Below, piece by piece: positions 61,560 to 64,000 of a DNA stretch of 64,000 nucleotides. The notes beneath the pieces are model-generated. The model saw nothing but the letters and a program-made list of their open reading frames with translations. It did no database searches and was not told the origin of the DNA. The stretch comes from Phyllobates terribilis (lineage: Eukaryota): NCBI RefSeq assembly GCF_046119375.1, contig NW_027362768.1, forward strand, positions 23,622,001 to 23,686,000, given 5' to 3'. A program made the position numbers and the translations under genes. Each line of letters opens with the position of its first letter. Positions within the stretch are counted from its first letter, which is position 1.

Positions 61560-64000
61560 TTAAAGGGATTGAGAGAACCTTATAAAATAGAGAGATAAGG
61601 CACTTTGCGTATGGATCAATGCAGAAATGACAAGAAATATTCATATACTGCATGCCTCATCTCACTTATTTTGTAGATTTTTACATCTTCAATGTATAGG
61701 AGTAAAATACTTAGTGAATCCACAGTAAAGTCTACATGTAACACATTTAGATTTTGCTGAATCTCTTCAGATTCAACATAGATTAGAAACTAAATAAGCC
61801 ATAGGCCATGGTCACACCACATTTTAAAGGGAGCCTGCTAGTAAAGTCGTGCTGGCCAATCCATGGGAAGCAGTAATTAGATGCTGGCTGCACGATTGCA
61901 GCCAGATATGATTTTCTATGAAATGCCAGAGAAAGCAAAAGCTTCCCTGCACAGCTCTAGTTGCTTGACAGATCTCTCCCATGTGAGAATATATATGGAG
62001 AGACCTGTCAGTCATTTTTTGAAGGGGCAGAAAGAAGCCTGCTCGGCTTAGTAACGGCTATTCCTATAGGCCGCGTTCTGCTCTTCAAACTATGTTTTCT
62101 CTGAAATACCAGACGGTTTCAGAAAAAAACATATCTGGCCATAATCGTGGAGTCAGTTTCTGATTCATGCTGCCTGTGGTTTGGGAAGCATGAATCAACT
62201 AACAGATTCTCTTTAAGGCCTCTGTTTAAGCTGCTGGGATGTATGTAAAACGTAAGAGAGACAAAGTTAACATTTTTATAAGGGTGTAAAAGTAACCATA
62301 TCTAGGGCATTGTTTGTCATAAGACTACCACTTTAAAAGGCCATTTTTTTTAGTTCCAGACAAAATTTGGGCAATTTTCATCTCGCCACTCCAGGATTAA
62401 TATGAAGTTCTGTTTTTGCAGTGAGTGAATCTATGTGTACTTTTATTACAATTTTCTTTTACAATGCTTTTTTCTTTTTTACTTTTTTTAATCCCATAAT
62501 GGAACATTCATTACACAGACTTTCTTAAAAATACAATATAATGTATATGCCTTTGTATAAAATGTATAAAATGGTCACCTAACATGATAAAGGTACTGTA
62601 ATAATCTGAAACACTTGACAAACTATCACATCAAGGTACTTTAAATTGTGCCTAAAACTGCAACTACCAGTGTTGCCTTTGTGGCAGTAGGGTAGTTTTT
62701 TATGGTATTTTTTATGTGTTTTTGAAACGCACCAAACAAAGCATGAGTGAAAGCTCATGGGTTGGGTTTACACATCACAAATTTGTTGATGGAATCTGTG
62801 GCCTTACTGCTGTGAATTTGACTCATTTACAAAAATGTATATGTTATCTATCTGTATAATGTACTCAAAATATGTGTAAGTCAGAAAGCTAGTAAAAGAA
62901 TTGTTTTCAGAAAACTTTCTTTCAAAGGCTGTGATAGTTTCATGAACGGGGACAACCCCTTTTTAGAGTTACACATACAGAGACAGCAGATTGATTTGAA
63001 TATGCAGGGACGGACCTACCTTTGGTAAGTGAATGGGGGGACCACGTCTACCTCTAAAGCAGGTGCAATTGTGCGTTATGATGAGTTATTGGGCTGCGCA
63101 GGGCCCATATATTGTTCTTGCACAATTTTTCTGTCTGTGTCCGCTCCTGGAATATGTCATTTAAACTATTTATTTTGTGCAAAGTCACATATATTGATTA
63201 AAGATTGCTGCAGCCTAACATTTCAAGAAAGCAAGTGTGTACTTTGCATTACATTTGCACATTATAAGCAAGTAAATGAGAAGAGGTGCAGTGTCTTGTT
63301 TCTTCTTAACAAAGGAGTTATTTAATAGCACGCCTTTATTTCCTTCCTGTGTAGGTCTGTGGCTTGGTAACATTGCTTTTCTATTCTGAATTTCCATGAT
63401 CAGGTCAAAGTATTCGTCTCCTATCTAATGGCTAATCGACACATTTAATTTGCCACAAGAAATTAGTATTAGGTTCTTCGGTGTGATCCCTGGAGAAAGC
63501 AACTATAGAATGAACACAGAGGTTCCAATTCATCAAAGCTTTTATGCCAGTATTCTGACATAAAAAGCATTGAATAGTTGCATAATTTTGGTGCAAATGG
63601 TGGTTGCACTAAAATTGTGCAACCTTTGGCACTCTCACGCCATTTTTGCACAGCTCTGACAAGTTGGGTGGAGCTGTGATGGGAGGGAGGCATGGCGACT
63701 GCCACTTGTTAAATTCATGGCCCCATATATCAGGCGCCAAAAATATAAAGCAGGATACACATTTACACATTAGTTTTAGACATAAGATGCCTTTACTTTA
63801 TTATGTCTTTATATTTTATGCTATTATATATTATATAGCTGAATTGGTGGACAATTCAGAAATTCCACACCACCGGTCTATATAATATATTATGGTCCCA
63901 TTAAGTGTCATATTCCACCTTCTTTCCCAATAGCTGTATTGGTTTGACCTGTGGGCTAAACCAATCAAAAGGGGCTTCTTTCTCTTCCTCCGTCCTCTTA

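Noticed and set aside
56750-64000. Host gene exons
   Set aside because: Only short ORFs without recognisable domains, mostly within MITE or minisatellite sequence. Small exons cannot be excluded without RNA data.

Overview
Gene-free, almost entirely transposon-derived vertebrate DNA. The repeat families (Tc1, hAT/BED, T2-Kolobok MITEs, V-SINE, Penelope, Ty3/Gypsy) suggest an anuran amphibian; this is an inference. No host protein-coding gene is supportable. The core (11.8-38.3 kb) is a nest of Ty3/Gypsy LTR retrotransposons: one 3'-truncated sushi-like element, two full-length but decayed tRNA-Ser-primed elements with intact 4-bp TSDs, and several solo LTRs. The main discovery is a non-autonomous LTR element family with no gag or pol whose single ORF ends in a cold-shock domain (CSD). 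One young, complete copy (21801-26595) sits inside the pol of its probable helper element, and a divergent second copy lies at 52.5-56.0 kb. These elements and their helpers share covarying RNA-like structures: a 3'-UTR pseudoknot, a second tRNA-Ser-complementary site inside the LTR, and a hairpin at the U3 terminus. All alignments and counts were done by eye.
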